Shown: in pieces, positions 9,983 to 20,008 of the stretch
Numbering within the stretch: position 1 is the stretch's first letter
How the letters are laid out: the number at the start of each line of letters is the position of its first letter
The notes under the pieces: model-generated
What the model saw: the letters and a program-made list of their open reading frames with translations, nothing else
Database searches by the model: none
Told to the model about the DNA's origin: nothing
Source: Campylobacterales bacterium
GTDB taxonomy: Bacteria > Campylobacterota > Campylobacteria > Campylobacterales > QNZT01
NCBI GenBank assembly: GCA_024278835.1
Contig: JAJRSK010000045.1
Coordinates: forward strand, 3,444-67,443
Length of the DNA: 64,000 nt
Reading direction: 5' to 3'
Translations under genes and position numbers: made by a program

Positions 9983-11965
9983 TTATAATGTGCAGTTGTT
10001 GATTTCTGTTTCGACGTAAGACTGACCTAACATGGTAAATACTCTTTCTTTGATTCCCTTGATAGTAAATCCAAACTCTTTAAAAAGTATATTTGCATCA
10101 CCACTCGCGCCAAAATGATTCATACCAAGTACATCATCAGCATAACGATACCACTCAATGCCAGAGGCTGCTTCTACAGCTAAGACTTTTGTATCCTTCT
10201 CTATGATACTATCATGATAGCTTTTATCTTGTTCATTAAAAAGTTCAAAACAAGGTACAGAAACAACATTGGCCGTGATTCCTGCCACTTCAAGATGACA
10301 AGCGGCTTGCAAACAAGGCATCACTTCACTGCCAGTAGCCATAAGTGTGACAGTTGCACCTTCACGTTTTTTTATCATGTATCCACCACGGCTAGCATCC
10401 CCTACATCAACTTTAGATTTAAGTGTTTTAAGTCCTTGTCGTGAAAGTACAAATCCACAAGGTGCATCAAGTTCTAGTGCCTTCTTCCAACAAGCAACAT
10501 TTTCTGTTGCATCTGCCGGTCTAAAAGTATAAAAGTTAGGAAGAGCTCGAAACTGTGTTAACTGTTCTATCGGCTGATGGGTTGGGCCATCCTCGCCTAC
10601 ACCGATACTATCATGTGTCCAAATGAAATAATGTTTTAAACGCATCAATGCTGCCAATCTCACAGCAGGTTTCATATAGTCAGAAAAGACGAAAAAAGTT
10701 GCTGAAAAGGGGATAAACAGGCCGTAAAGGCTCATCGCATTGGCAATTGCACCCATCGCATGTTCTCTGATTCCAAAGTGAATATTTTTACCATTTGGGA
10801 AATCACCCATATTTTTTAAAGTTGTTTTATTTGACGGTGCCAAGTCAGCTGAACCACCGATAAAACTAGGTAGTGCTTTCGCTAGTGCATTGAGTATCTG
10901 TCCGTTACTATCTCTAGTAGCAATTTTAGAACCTTCTTCAAAGAGTGGCCACTCTATACGAGAAAAGTCAGGATTTTGTAAAGCTTTTAATGTAGCATTT
11001 TGTTCTGCTAAGGGCGTATCAAGCAAAAGTTTATTCCATGCTCTCTCAGCAATGTCACCTTTTTCTATAGCTTGTCTAAATCTTGCTTCTACTTCAACAG
11101 GAACGATGAAGTTTTCATCAGGATTAAATCCTAATGCTTTTTTAGAAGCAGCTATCTCATCAGCACCTAATGGTGCACCATGTGTGACCGCTTTACCTTC
11201 GAGCGTCACAGCACCCTTACCAATCAATGTTTCAGCGATAATCAATGCTGGTTTACTCTGTCCCTCTTTTAATTCTGTGAGTACTTGGTCAATCTCTTTA
11301 TAATTATGGCCATCAATACGATAAACTCTCCACCCTTGTGCTTCAAAACGCTGTTTGATATTTTCTGAAATGGAGATGGCTGTAGACCCCTCAATAGTAA
11401 TCTTATTAGAGTCATATATCATGATAAGATTATCTAAGTTTTGATGCCCCGCTAAAGAACAAGCTTCATAAGAGATGCCCTCTTCCAAATCTCCATCACC
11501 ACAAAGACAGTATACTTTATGATCAATGATTTTAGCTGTTTCAGAGTTTAATAAATTCGCTGCATATTTTGAAGACATAGAAAAACCAACTGCATTTGCC
11601 ACACCTTGACCTAGAGGGCCAGTTGTTACTTCAATACCTGGTACATCATGATACTCTGGATGACCTGGCGTTTTACTCTCGTATTGTCTAAAATTTTTCA
11701 GATCCTCAAGTGATAAATCATACCCAGTCAAATAAAGATAAGAATAAATCAACGCTGAAGCATGTCCACCTGAGAAGACCAATCTATCTCTATTTAACCA
11801 TTTCGTATTTTTAGGATTGTGATTTAAGTGCTCTGTTAAAACAGTCACAATATCTGCCAAGCCCATAGGTGCACCAGGATGTCCTGAGTTCGCAGCTTGT
11901 ACCATATCTGCTGCTAAAAATCTTATTGTATTTGCCATGTGTGAAAGCAGTTGCTTATCTTGCAT
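9983..11965 (-). CDS. tkt: Transketolase
   Basis: 660 aa with SGHPGAPMGLADI and GDGDLEEGISYEA (TPP-binding). Confidence 0.95.
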   Translation of the reverse strand: MQDKQLLSHMANTIRFLAADMVQAANSGHPGAPMGLADIVTVLTEHLNHNPKNTKWLNRDRLVFSGGHASALIYSYLYLTGYDLSLEDLKNFRQYESKTPGHPEYHDVPGIEVTTGPLGQGVANAVGFSMSSKYAANLLNSETAKIIDHKVYCLCGDGDLEEGISYEACSLAGHQNLDNLIMIYDSNKITIEGSTAISISENIKQRFEAQGWRVYRIDGHNYKEIDQVLTELKEGQSKPALIIAETLIGKGAVTLEGKAVTHGAPLGADEIAASKKALGFNPDENFIVPVEVEARFRQAIEKGDIAERAWNKLLLDTPLAEQNATLKALQNPDFSRIEWPLFEEGSKIATRDSNGQILNALAKALPSFIGGSADLAPSNKTTLKNMGDFPNGKNIHFGIREHAMGAIANAMSLYGLFIPFSATFFVFSDYMKPAVRLAALMRLKHYFIWTHDSIGVGEDGPTHQPIEQLTQFRALPNFYTFRPADATENVACWKKALELDAPCGFVLSRQGLKTLKSKVDVGDASRGGYMIKKREGATVTLMATGSEVMPCLQAACHLEVAGITANVVSVPCFELFNEQDKSYHDSIIEKDTKVLAVEAASGIEWYRYADDVLGMNHFGASGDANILFKEFGFTIKGIKERVFTMLGQSYVETEINNCTL

Positions 11966-11977
11966 TTCATCTATTCC

Positions 11978-12835
11978 TTAGTTAAAATATTTCTCTATCA
12001 TGATAGTTAATCTATCTTTTAAATCGTCATCAAGTCCTGCAAAATCTTTATAGACTTCATCTATAAGTCTCTGCTTTTCTTTGTTTGCACCCTCTACGCC
12101 AAGTAAGTTTGTAAACGAATTTTTTGCATTATCATTACTCGTAGGTTTCCCCGCTTCTTGGGTAGTTTGTGTCGCGTCAATAATATCATCTTGCACTTGA
12201 AATAAAAGCCCTATTTTTAAACCTATTTCATAAAGTAAGTTCTCTTTTTCTTTAGGTAAATTAACGATAATTGCTCCCATTTTCAAAGAGGCAGCAATCA
12301 GTTTTGCTGTTTTATGGATATGCAAAAAAGTAAGTTCATCGATAGTAAGTTTTTTATCTTCGAAAAAACAATCTATCGCCTGTCCTAACACCATACCATC
12401 TCCACCAGAATTACGTGAAAATGTTTTAATCAAAGCAATCTTTACATCATCTCTAAGCGCAGCCGTAGCTAGCATGTAAAAGCTGTCTGTATTGAGTGCA
12501 TCTCCGACTAATGTAGCAGTGACTTCGCCATAGCTTTCATGTAGTGTTTCACATCCTCTTCTCATTGGAGCATCATCAAAAGTCGGTAAATCATCATGAA
12601 TAAGTGAATAAGTATGAAGCATTTCTATCGCCAGAGCCACACGTTGGCTACTTTGAACTAACTGTGGCTCATAACTATCTACAACATTGAGGAGTAAAAG
12701 TGGACGAAAGCGTTTTCCTCCTGCTTGAAACATTTGCTTCTGTGCTTTGTGAAAATGAGGATGAAAACTTTTTACAGTAGGAAGGTTAGTGTTTAAATAC
12801 GCTTCAAAATCATCTAATAATGTTTTGTTATTCAA
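11978..12835 (-). CDS. ispA: Farnesyl-diphosphate synthase (polyprenyl synthetase family)
   Basis: First and second Asp-rich motifs LIHDDLP and FQVQDDIID. Confidence 0.85.
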   Translation of the reverse strand: MNNKTLLDDFEAYLNTNLPTVKSFHPHFHKAQKQMFQAGGKRFRPLLLLNVVDSYEPQLVQSSQRVALAIEMLHTYSLIHDDLPTFDDAPMRRGCETLHESYGEVTATLVGDALNTDSFYMLATAALRDDVKIALIKTFSRNSGGDGMVLGQAIDCFFEDKKLTIDELTFLHIHKTAKLIAASLKMGAIIVNLPKEKENLLYEIGLKIGLLFQVQDDIIDATQTTQEAGKPTSNDNAKNSFTNLLGVEGANKEKQRLIDEVYKDFAGLDDDLKDRLTIMIEKYFN

Positions 12836-12844
12836 AAGTATCCT

Positions 12845-13165
12845 CTAACTTCCAAAACCTGGCATACCACCAAAACCACCCATCATTTTGGAAGTGGCCA
12901 GTTTTTTATCATCTTCAACCATTTTTAAAACATCATTAGTTGCAGAGATGAGTAATATCTGCAAAGAGTCTTTATCCTCAAGCAATGAATCATCTATTGT
13001 GATATCGATAATCTCGCCAGCACCACTAGCTGTTACTTTGACAAGACCACCACCACTTTTGGTCGTAAACTCTTTGTTAGCACTCTCTTCTTGCATTTTT
13101 TTTGCATCAGCTTGCACTTTTTCAAGCATTTCACCCATCTTAGAAAAATCCATTCCCTCAAACAT
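12845..13165 (-). CDS. ybaB: Nucleoid-associated protein YbaB/EbfC
   Basis: [25 protein letters not shown] core. The start is probably [11 protein letters not shown] (13165) rather than the track start at 13180. Confidence 0.85.
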   Translation of the reverse strand: MFEGMDFSKMGEMLEKVQADAKKMQEESANKEFTTKSGGGLVKVTASGAGEIIDITIDDSLLEDKDSLQILLISATNDVLKMVEDDKKLATSKMMGGFGGMPGFGS

Positions 13166-13523
13166 GATCTTTTGTCCCATCTATATCATTTTTATCATTT
13201 AAAAGCACAATATGTGGTTTAAAAGTATCTGCTTCCTCCAAAGTCATACTGGCATAAGCGATGACAATCACACGATCCCCGATAGCCGCTTTACGTGCCG
13301 CTGCACCATTGAGACACATCTCACGCTTGCCACGCTCCCCTTCGATAACATAAGTAGAAAATCGCTCGCCATTATTGACATTAACGATATCCACCTTTTG
13401 TCCAATACGAAGAGCAGCCGCATCCATAAGATCCCTATCTATAGTGATAGAACCAACATAGTTAAGATTGGCATCTGTTATGGTAGCACGGTGAAGTTTA
13501 CTATAGAGCATGGTGATTGTCAT
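13158..13523 (-). CDS. panD: Aspartate 1-decarboxylase
   Basis: [25 protein letters not shown], including the GS self-cleavage site. Confidence 0.95.
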   Translation of the reverse strand: MTITMLYSKLHRATITDANLNYVGSITIDRDLMDAAALRIGQKVDIVNVNNGERFSTYVIEGERGKREMCLNGAAARKAAIGDRVIVIAYASMTLEEADTFKPHIVLLNDKNDIDGTKDHV

Positions 13524-13527
13524 GGTA

Positions 13528-13902
13528 CTATTTTCCTGCCATTTTCATCATTTTAGCAGGTGTGATAGCCACATCCCAAAACTCTTCTGCAATGAGATAT
13601 TCAGCAACAGGTTTTTCACCGATGATATGCTCATCAATAATTCTATCAATCTTCTCTTTTGTGAGTTCAACATACATATGATGACCTGGTTCTACTAACA
13701 TAACTGGTCCTTGTTGACAACGATTTAGACAACCAGTTCTGATTGGTTGTACCGTAGCTATTAAACCTTTTTCCATCAACTTCATCCCCAAATGTTGAAA
13801 AAGATCTCTTGTATTGTCATTGACACAGCTTGGCTTTGGCATCCCTGGAGGCGCCGATTGTTCGCATTTAAATATATAAAATGCCGGTTGTGGTATTCCC
13901 AT
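13528..13902 (-). CDS. Thioredoxin-like [2Fe-2S] ferredoxin family protein
   Basis: 124 aa. [15 protein letters not shown] is typical of thioredoxin-like 2Fe-2S ferredoxins. Confidence 0.65.
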   Translation of the reverse strand: MGIPQPAFYIFKCEQSAPPGMPKPSCVNDNTRDLFQHLGMKLMEKGLIATVQPIRTGCLNRCQQGPVMLVEPGHHMYVELTKEKIDRIIDEHIIGEKPVAEYLIAEEFWDVAITPAKMMKMAGK

Positions 13903-13931
13903 GATATTCCCCTATTTTTATTTTAATTACG

Positions 13932-13954
13932 TTTTAGGAGCAAAGCTCCTAAAA
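13932..13954. other. Perfect 10-bp hairpin TTTTAGGAGC-AAA-GCTCCTAAAA, about 30 nt upstream of the ferredoxin-like ORF
   Basis: Read directly. Shares the GGAGC-loop-GCTCC core with the hairpins upstream of infA and rpmJ. Confidence 0.5.
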
Positions 13955-14039
13955 CTAACGCTAACGCTAAGTTCTCTTCAGCAGAGGGCTCGCGTGCAGA
14001 TGAACCACACTTCGCTTGCCTACAACTTTGGATTTATAC

Positions 14040-14092
14040 ATTAGACTTCTTCTAAAACTATCGCTAATACATAGTTTTACAAGAAGTCTAAT
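14040..14092 (-). terminator. Long hairpin immediately downstream of murE (possible terminator or processing site)
   Basis: ATTAGACTTCTT...AAGAAGTCTAAT (12 bp perfect) plus inner AAAACTAT/ATAGTTTT. No clear U-run follows on the minus strand. Confidence 0.4.
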
Positions 14093-14121
14093 GGTTTTTA
14101 TATTATTAAAGGTGCCCTTAA

Positions 14122-15426
14122 TTATCTATTAAATTTCTCTTTTATGATTTCTCTGACAACCTCGCGGTCGTCAAAAACAATTTTTTTATCTTTAAATTCT
14201 TGATACTCTTCATCACCTTTACCAAGTATTAAAAGTGTCTCACCCTCTTGGAGTTCATCAATAGCAAAATATATCGCATCTTCTCTCAATGATGCAACTT
14301 TAACTTTCTCTTTTTGCTCTATTGCCTGATAAATATCATTGATAATATCCATCGGTTCTTCACTTCGAGGATTGTCTGTGGTAAGATAAATTTTTTTAGC
14401 GTAACGATTTGCCACACGTCCCATCATAGGACGTTTCTTTTTATCTCTATCCCCACCAGCACCAAATACCACTACGATATCTTTCTCTTTGAGTGAATCC
14501 ATCACTTTTTCCATACCATCTGGTGTATGTGCAAAATCTACTATTACTAAAGGTCTCTCACTCACTACTTCCATACGTCCTGAAACACCGGCAAAGTTAT
14601 CAACTACTGCACAGATTTTTTCTAGGGAATGCTCTGTTATCAACTTCACAGCAGCAATGGCAGCTATTAAATTGTAGACGTTAAAAAAGCCATAAAGCGG
14701 TGACTGAAAGTCGACTTGTTTATCAAAATGTCTCATGACTGCAGTCATACCATTATTTAATGAATAGGCAATGATATTAAACGTAGCTGGTGCATCAAGT
14801 GCATATGTGTAGGCATTTTTAATATTGAACTCTATTTTTTTGGCATCTTTGTTGATAAGTTTCTTGCAGTCATCTTGAAAGAATGACTCTTTTGTGCTTT
14901 TGTATTTTTCAAAGGTATCATGATAATCCAAATGATCTTGTGTAAGATTTGTAAATACCTTGAGTGCAAAATGTAGATTTTCTATTCTATTTTGAACGAT
15001 GGCATGAGAACTAACTTCCATGATAAAGTATTGACAGCCAGCCTCTTTTGCAAGAAGCAGATTGCACATTGTATCAAGTAACAATGGAGTCGTCAAACCT
15101 TTTGGAGCTACACGCTCCTCATTGATGTAAAATCCACGCGTACCTTGAAAGGCAACTTTTTCATCCAAGTCAAGTAGAAATGAGTACATAGCCGCAGCTG
15201 TCGTTGTTTTCCCATTGGTACCTGTAATACCTATGATTTGTATACCACTATAATCAAATAGGGCTTCTAGCTCCACGGGTGAGACAATCTTTGCCGCAGA
15301 ATTTTCTTTGGCATTATCTAGAAACTTTTTATTTTGCTGACAACAGAAAAAGGCTGTCTCTGGGTTACATTCTTTTGAGTTATCACTCAAATACTTATAC
15401 TCTTTTTGATTTAATTCTATTTTCAA
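14122..15426 (-). CDS. murE: UDP-N-acetylmuramoyl-L-alanyl-D-glutamate--2,6-diaminopimelate ligase
   Basis: Mur ligase P-loop GITGTNGKTTTA and the DNPR motif (TTDNPRSE) characteristic of meso-DAP-adding MurE. Confidence 0.9.
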   Translation of the reverse strand: MKIELNQKEYKYLSDNSKECNPETAFFCCQQNKKFLDNAKENSAAKIVSPVELEALFDYSGIQIIGITGTNGKTTTAAAMYSFLLDLDEKVAFQGTRGFYINEERVAPKGLTTPLLLDTMCNLLLAKEAGCQYFIMEVSSHAIVQNRIENLHFALKVFTNLTQDHLDYHDTFEKYKSTKESFFQDDCKKLINKDAKKIEFNIKNAYTYALDAPATFNIIAYSLNNGMTAVMRHFDKQVDFQSPLYGFFNVYNLIAAIAAVKLITEHSLEKICAVVDNFAGVSGRMEVVSERPLVIVDFAHTPDGMEKVMDSLKEKDIVVVFGAGGDRDKKKRPMMGRVANRYAKKIYLTTDNPRSEEPMDIINDIYQAIEQKEKVKVASLREDAIYFAIDELQEGETLLILGKGDEEYQEFKDKKIVFDDREVVREIIKEKFNR

Positions 15427-15432
15427 TTATTT

Positions 15433-15978
15433 TTAACTTTCTAATTCTCTAATTCTCTCTTGAAAAAATGCTTCATGAGGATAAAGTGACAAGGCACTCT
15501 CTAAATAGTTTAATGCAAGATTACTATAGTTATTTTCCAACAATAAGTTAACAAACTCCATAAAATCTTCTTTTTTATGAATAATGATACGTGTAGAAAA
15601 CATCAAATCTTCCAAGGCTCTTTGAAAACTTTCACGATCATCAACTAAATATAAAAAATCACTATACTCAATACCATCTTCATATGATACTTTATTTTTA
15701 ACTTCGTCGTTTACAAACAACTCAGCATCGTCACCATTTAATAATGTTTCAATGATATAATCAATCCCCTCAAGTCCTTCATTACGAGAGATTTCGTAAA
15801 GTTCAAATAAAGCCATTGCCTCTTCTTCCTTATCCATCGCCATATCAGAAAGTAAGGCACCTATCTTGGCATCCAAGTCATAGGGCTCATCCTTTAAGGC
15901 AAGTGAAAAATTTAATAGTGCTCTTTTATACTCGCGTTTAAAAAAACTATTTTTGGCTCTCTCTATAAATCTACTCAT
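15433..15978 (-). CDS. Hypothetical acidic helical (TPR-like) protein
   Basis: 181-aa ORF packed tightly between nfu and murE. No family recognised. Confidence 0.5.
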   Translation of the reverse strand: MSRFIERAKNSFFKREYKRALLNFSLALKDEPYDLDAKIGALLSDMAMDKEEEAMALFELYEISRNEGLEGIDYIIETLLNGDDAELFVNDEVKNKVSYEDGIEYSDFLYLVDDRESFQRALEDLMFSTRIIIHKKEDFMEFVNLLLENNYSNLALNYLESALSLYPHEAFFQERIRELES

Positions 15979-15980
15979 AA

Positions 15981-16268
15981 TTATGCCTGATTGGCAATCT
16001 CATCCATCATGTGTTCCATACCAACAGCAAGGTTTACCACTTCAATTTCTGGATGTATGTCCATTCTAAGCTGTCTTTCGACACCATACTTTAAAGTTTG
16101 ACCACTAGAACCACAACCAACACACGCCCCCTGTAACTGTACAAATACTTTGCCATTTTTTATGCCTAGAAGTTCCATACCACCACCATCAAGTGCAAGC
16201 ATAGGCTTCACCTTCTCTAATGATGCTTCAACAGCTGGCCTAAGTTCTTCGTCCGTAAATGGAATCAT
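15981..16268 (-). CDS. NifU-like Fe-S cluster assembly domain protein (Nfu type)
   Basis: 95 aa with the GACVGCGSSGQTLK CxxC motif of the NifU C-terminal domain. Confidence 0.8.
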   Translation of the reverse strand: MIPFTDEELRPAVEASLEKVKPMLALDGGGMELLGIKNGKVFVQLQGACVGCGSSGQTLKYGVERQLRMDIHPEIEVVNLAVGMEHMMDEIANQA

Positions 16269-16373
16269 AGATACCCCTATATATAATCTTAAGACAATTA
16301 TATCACAAAGAGATTAACATAGTTAAAAATAAAAAATTAATGTTGGATGTAAAAAAGAAAGTGTTTATAAAGG

Positions 16374-16405
16374 TATCATGATAGAAAATATATCCTATCA
16401 TGATA
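16374..16405. repeat. Two copies of the TATCATGATAG palindrome 12 nt apart, just downstream of rplQ
   Basis: GGTATCATGATAGAAAATATATCCTATCATGATAGATAC. The two copies can pair with each other (11-bp stem, 10-nt loop). Confidence 0.85.
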
Positions 16406-16412
16406 GATACAA

Positions 16413-16763
16413 TTAGACGAGTTCGATAATTGCCATTTCAGCCGCGTCACCACGTCTCATTCTTGTTTTGATTATTCTAGTGTAGCCACCAGTTCTCTCT
16501 TTGTATTTTGGTGCAATTTCTTCTACAAGTTTATTTGTAGTCTCTTTATCTTGCAAAACAGCAAAAATTGCTCTGTGGGCGTTAAAATCACCAACTCTTG
16601 CTTTTGTTATTAACTTCTCAAAAAAACTTTGAATTTCTTTTGCTTTTGGCAAAGTCGTTTCCATCTTTTCACTTTTTATCAAAGCGATTGATAAGTTTTT
16701 AAGCAAAGCTTTTCTATGGCTAGAAGTTCTACCTAACTTTCTATATCCGTGCTTATGTCTCAT
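16413..16763 (-). CDS. rplQ: 50S ribosomal protein L17
   Basis: [24 protein letters not shown]. Last gene of the alpha operon. Confidence 0.97.
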   Translation of the reverse strand: MRHKHGYRKLGRTSSHRKALLKNLSIALIKSEKMETTLPKAKEIQSFFEKLITKARVGDFNAHRAIFAVLQDKETTNKLVEEIAPKYKERTGGYTRIIKTRMRRGDAAEMAIIELV

Positions 16764-16765
16764 TA

Positions 16766-17779
16766 TTATGCCTCACTTGTTTCTATTTTTAACTCTTGGA
16801 TATTTGTATTTAATGCTTTATAAAAATCATCTTCAAATTTAAATCCAACAGGGAAACCTAATGCTTCCAATTTACTGGTAATCTCTTCAAAAGATTTCTT
16901 ACCAAGGTTCTTAAGTCCTTTAAGTTCTAGTTCACTCATCATTGACAATTCCGCTACATATTTTATACTAGCACGGTCAAGACAGTTAAAGCTTCTAGCA
17001 CTTAAACTCATCACGCTTACATCTTGTAATAGTTTCTGCATATCTGCAGAGTTTTCAAAATCATCTTCTGTTGTAGATATCTCGATATCCATCGCTTTTG
17101 AAAAAACAGCTATTTGACCATTTAACGCTTCAATTGACTCTTTAAACGCTTGCACAGGTGCAATTTGTCCATCTGTTTCAATTTCGAAAATGATTTTTTC
17201 AAACGTTGGATCATCTTCTACTAACATCTGCTCAATACTATATACTACTTTTCTAACTGGTGTGAAAAATGCATCAACTGGAATAAAATCCTCAGGTGCA
17301 TTATTTCTAAATTCTTCACTTGGAATATATCCAATCCCTTTTTCGATAATAAGAGAAAAGTTAAGTTCTGCATCTTCATTGATAGTTGCTAGATGATTGT
17401 CAGGTGTTACCACTTCAACATCATCATTATCCATATCAGAACCTTTTATCTCTTTGTGACCTTTAAAAGAGTAATTCACTTCAACTTTATTAGAGTTATC
17501 TTTGATTTTAAATCTAATATTTTTTAAATTTAAAATAAATAATGCAACATCTTCAAGCATACCTCTAATACTATCAAACTCATGCGTAACACCATCAATT
17601 TTAACAGCTGTTACAGCAAATCCAGCCGAACTTCCATAAAGAAGACGTCTTAATGGATGTGCAACCGTGATTGCAAATCCAGCTTGAAAAGGGTAGACAT
17701 TAATTTTAACGCTATTTTCACTAATCTTTTCTATCTCTATCTCATGTGGCATGTATAGTGATGTACTAATTTTTTTCAT
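16766..17779 (-). CDS. rpoA: DNA-directed RNA polymerase alpha subunit
   Basis: 337 aa, with the conserved NTD ([11 protein letters not shown]) and the CTD HhH ([20 protein letters not shown]). Confidence 0.97.
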   Translation of the reverse strand: MKKISTSLYMPHEIEIEKISENSVKINVYPFQAGFAITVAHPLRRLLYGSSAGFAVTAVKIDGVTHEFDSIRGMLEDVALFILNLKNIRFKIKDNSNKVEVNYSFKGHKEIKGSDMDNDDVEVVTPDNHLATINEDAELNFSLIIEKGIGYIPSEEFRNNAPEDFIPVDAFFTPVRKVVYSIEQMLVEDDPTFEKIIFEIETDGQIAPVQAFKESIEALNGQIAVFSKAMDIEISTTEDDFENSADMQKLLQDVSVMSLSARSFNCLDRASIKYVAELSMMSELELKGLKNLGKKSFEEITSKLEALGFPVGFKFEDDFYKALNTNIQELKIETSEA

Positions 17780-17795
17780 ATTAAACCCTTAAGTT

Positions 17796-18422
17796 TTATT
17801 TTGAGTATAACTCGACAATCAATCTTTCTTCAACAGGTATAACAACCTCTTCACGCTCAGGAAGCCTAGTAAAGATACCATAACCTTTTTCAATCTCAAC
17901 ATCAACCCATGCAGCGATACCAGTTTGTGCTGTTAATTCACCAGCTCTAACGATTTGTGCATTACTTTTAGATTTTTCTTTAATCTCAATTTTTTGACCT
18001 GGTTTAACTCTGTATGAAGGAATATCTAATTTCTTTCCATCTACTAAGATATGACCATGAGTCACTAATTGTCTAGCAAAGTTTCTTGTTGTAGCAAATC
18101 CCATTCTATAAACAGCATTATCAAGACGACGCTCAAGAAGTGTTACAAGGTTTGCACCTGTATTTCCTTCCATATTGTTCGCATCTTTAAATAATCTTCT
18201 AAATTGCTTTTCAGAAACACCATACATGAACTTTGCTTTTTGCTTTTCTCTAAGTTGTAAACCATACTCAGAAATCTTCGTTCTTCTTTGACCGTGCTGT
18301 CCTGGTGGATAAGGTCTTTTATCTAAAGCACTCTTACCTGCTAATCTTCTTTCACCTTTAAGTGCTAAAGATACACCTAGTCTTCTCTCGATTTTTTCTA
18401 CTGGTCCTCTATATCTTGCCAT
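17796..18422 (-). CDS. rpsD: 30S ribosomal protein S4
   Basis: [19 protein letters not shown]. Confidence 0.97.
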   Translation of the reverse strand: MARYRGPVEKIERRLGVSLALKGERRLAGKSALDKRPYPPGQHGQRRTKISEYGLQLREKQKAKFMYGVSEKQFRRLFKDANNMEGNTGANLVTLLERRLDNAVYRMGFATTRNFARQLVTHGHILVDGKKLDIPSYRVKPGQKIEIKEKSKSNAQIVRAGELTAQTGIAAWVDVEIEKGYGIFTRLPEREEVVIPVEERLIVELYSK

Positions 18423-18431
18423 TATCTACCC

Positions 18432-18824
18432 CTACACTCTTCTACGTTTTGGAGGTCTACAACCATTATGAGGTAATGGAGTAACATCTTTAAAGAATGT
18501 CACTTTTAAACCTTCGATTGCACCAACACTTTTTACTGCTGTTTCACGACCAGAACCAGGTCCTTGAACTTTAATACCAACTTCTTTGATACCATGTTCC
18601 ATCGCTTTAGCCATTGCGTCTTCTACTGCTTGTTGTGCTGCATATGGTGTAGATTTTTTACTACCTTTAAATCCTAATCCACCAGCTGAGCTCCATGCTA
18701 TTGTATTACCCATTTCATCTGTAACGGTAATCATTGTATTGTTAAATGTAGCCGCGATATGCACGATACCTTTAGCAATATTTTTTTTAGCAACTTTTTT
18801 TCTAGTAACTTTTCTTTTAGCCAT
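18432..18824 (-). CDS. rpsK: 30S ribosomal protein S11
   Basis: [18 protein letters not shown]...[16 protein letters not shown]. Confidence 0.97.
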   Translation of the reverse strand: MAKRKVTRKKVAKKNIAKGIVHIAATFNNTMITVTDEMGNTIAWSSAGGLGFKGSKKSTPYAAQQAVEDAMAKAMEHGIKEVGIKVQGPGSGRETAVKSVGAIEGLKVTFFKDVTPLPHNGCRPPKRRRV

Positions 18825-18842
18825 TTATAATATCCTCTCAGC

Positions 18843-19205
18843 TTACGCAGCGCCGACAGTCTTTTTTCTTCCTTTTCTAGTTCTTGCGTTTGTTTTTGTT
18901 TTCTGACCTCTAACTGGAAGACCACGTCTATGTCTAAGACCTCTATAGATCCCTAAGTCCATAAGACCTTTGATGTCCATCGCAACTTTTTTACGAAGAT
19001 CACCTTCCACTTGATATGATGCTTGAATTTCTTTACGAATATTTGCAGCCTCATCTTCTGTTAGCTCATGTACTCTTTTATCATATGAGATACCGACAAC
19101 GTCTAAAATTTTTCTAGATGTTACAAGACCGATACCATAGATATATGTTAGTCCATACTCTATTCTCTTCTTTTTTGGTAAATCCACACCAGCAATTCTT
19201 GCCAT
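18843..19205 (-). CDS. rpsM: 30S ribosomal protein S13
   Basis: [26 protein letters not shown]. Confidence 0.97.
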   Translation of the reverse strand: MARIAGVDLPKKKRIEYGLTYIYGIGLVTSRKILDVVGISYDKRVHELTEDEAANIRKEIQASYQVEGDLRKKVAMDIKGLMDLGIYRGLRHRRGLPVRGQKTKTNARTRKGRKKTVGAA

Positions 19206-19207
19206 GC

Positions 19208-19321
19208 TTATCCTTGTCTCTGTTTATGTTTAGGGTTTTTGCAGATTACTCTTACTGCACCTCTACGTTTGATAATTTTACAATTATCACACATTTTTTT
19301 TACCGATGGTCTGACTTTCAT
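19208..19321 (-). CDS. rpmJ: 50S ribosomal protein L36
   Basis: [37 protein letters not shown] (37 aa). The upstream extension of the track ORF to 19405 is non-coding leader. Confidence 0.95.
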   Translation of the reverse strand: MKVRPSVKKMCDNCKIIKRRGAVRVICKNPKHKQRQG

Positions 19322-19329
19322 TTTAATCC

Positions 19330-19396
19330 TTTTCTTTGAGACGAGCGAAGCTCCTCCCAAATTCATTGCATCTAAAGCTACGGCAGTAGCCGAGAA
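19330..19396 (-). repeat. Copy A of a conserved ~67-nt leader element (upstream of rpmJ)
   Basis: Hand alignment with 20009-20074 gives about 55 of 67 identical positions. Contains the CGGC-NACT-GCCG hairpin, the AATGAATTT box and the GAGC-TTC-GCTC hairpin. Confidence 0.75.
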
Positions 19397-19766
19397 AGCA
19401 TACACCCATTCTTTACAATTAAGTGAAATTCGGGTGTGAACGCCTAAAATGCCACAATTATCTTCTTCTTTGAATGAGGCAAAGCCACATTCAAATTTGT
19501 CTCAACTAAAGTCATCACTAATAGTAAAAACTTTTGTATCAAACACCTCTTAACAATGAATATCACATTTATCATAATAATAAATATCTATACAATGCTA
19601 GTCTAAAACTTTTTCTATTTTCCACTTAAAATAACGAACGAAATGGTTCATTGAAATACTCACAAACCAATAATTGAAAAAACAGTGGGCTTTTGTCAAT
19701 CATTCTTCTTATAGTCCCGTCATTCGAGCAATAGAGCGCGCATTGTAGCCTAGTAAAGGTTAAAGA

Positions 19767-19985
19767 TTACTTATATCTAAAAGTAATTCTGCCTTTATCT
19801 AAACTATAAGGTGTCAACTCTACTTTTACTTTGTCACCAAGCATTATCTTGATGTAGTGCATACGCATTTTTCCTGCAATATGACAAAGTATTTTATGTC
19901 CATTTTCAAGTTCAACTTGAAATGTTGCATTGGGTAATGCTTCTATCACTTTTCCATCAATTTCGATTACATCATCTTTTGCCAT
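19767..19985 (-). CDS. infA: Translation initiation factor IF-1
   Basis: [47 protein letters not shown]. Confidence 0.97.
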   Translation of the reverse strand: MAKDDVIEIDGKVIEALPNATFQVELENGHKILCHIAGKMRMHYIKIMLGDKVKVELTPYSLDKGRITFRYK

Positions 19986-20008
19986 TTATTTTCCTTTTCA
20001 TTTATTTG

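Noticed and set aside
15105-15120. GGAGC-TACAC-GCTCC hairpin inside murE resembling the leader hairpins.
   Set aside because: It is a single short stem within a coding region. That is compatible with chance, and it is not positioned relative to any start codon.
19322-19405. N-terminal extensions of track ORFs: rpmJ to 19405, rplC to 30365, the response regulator to 57568, the YfdX-like gene to 43664, the membrane protein to 42670, wecB to 7575 and ybaB to 13180.
   Set aside because: Conserved family N-termini and SD sequences point to internal ATGs. The extensions overlap upstream genes or leader elements.
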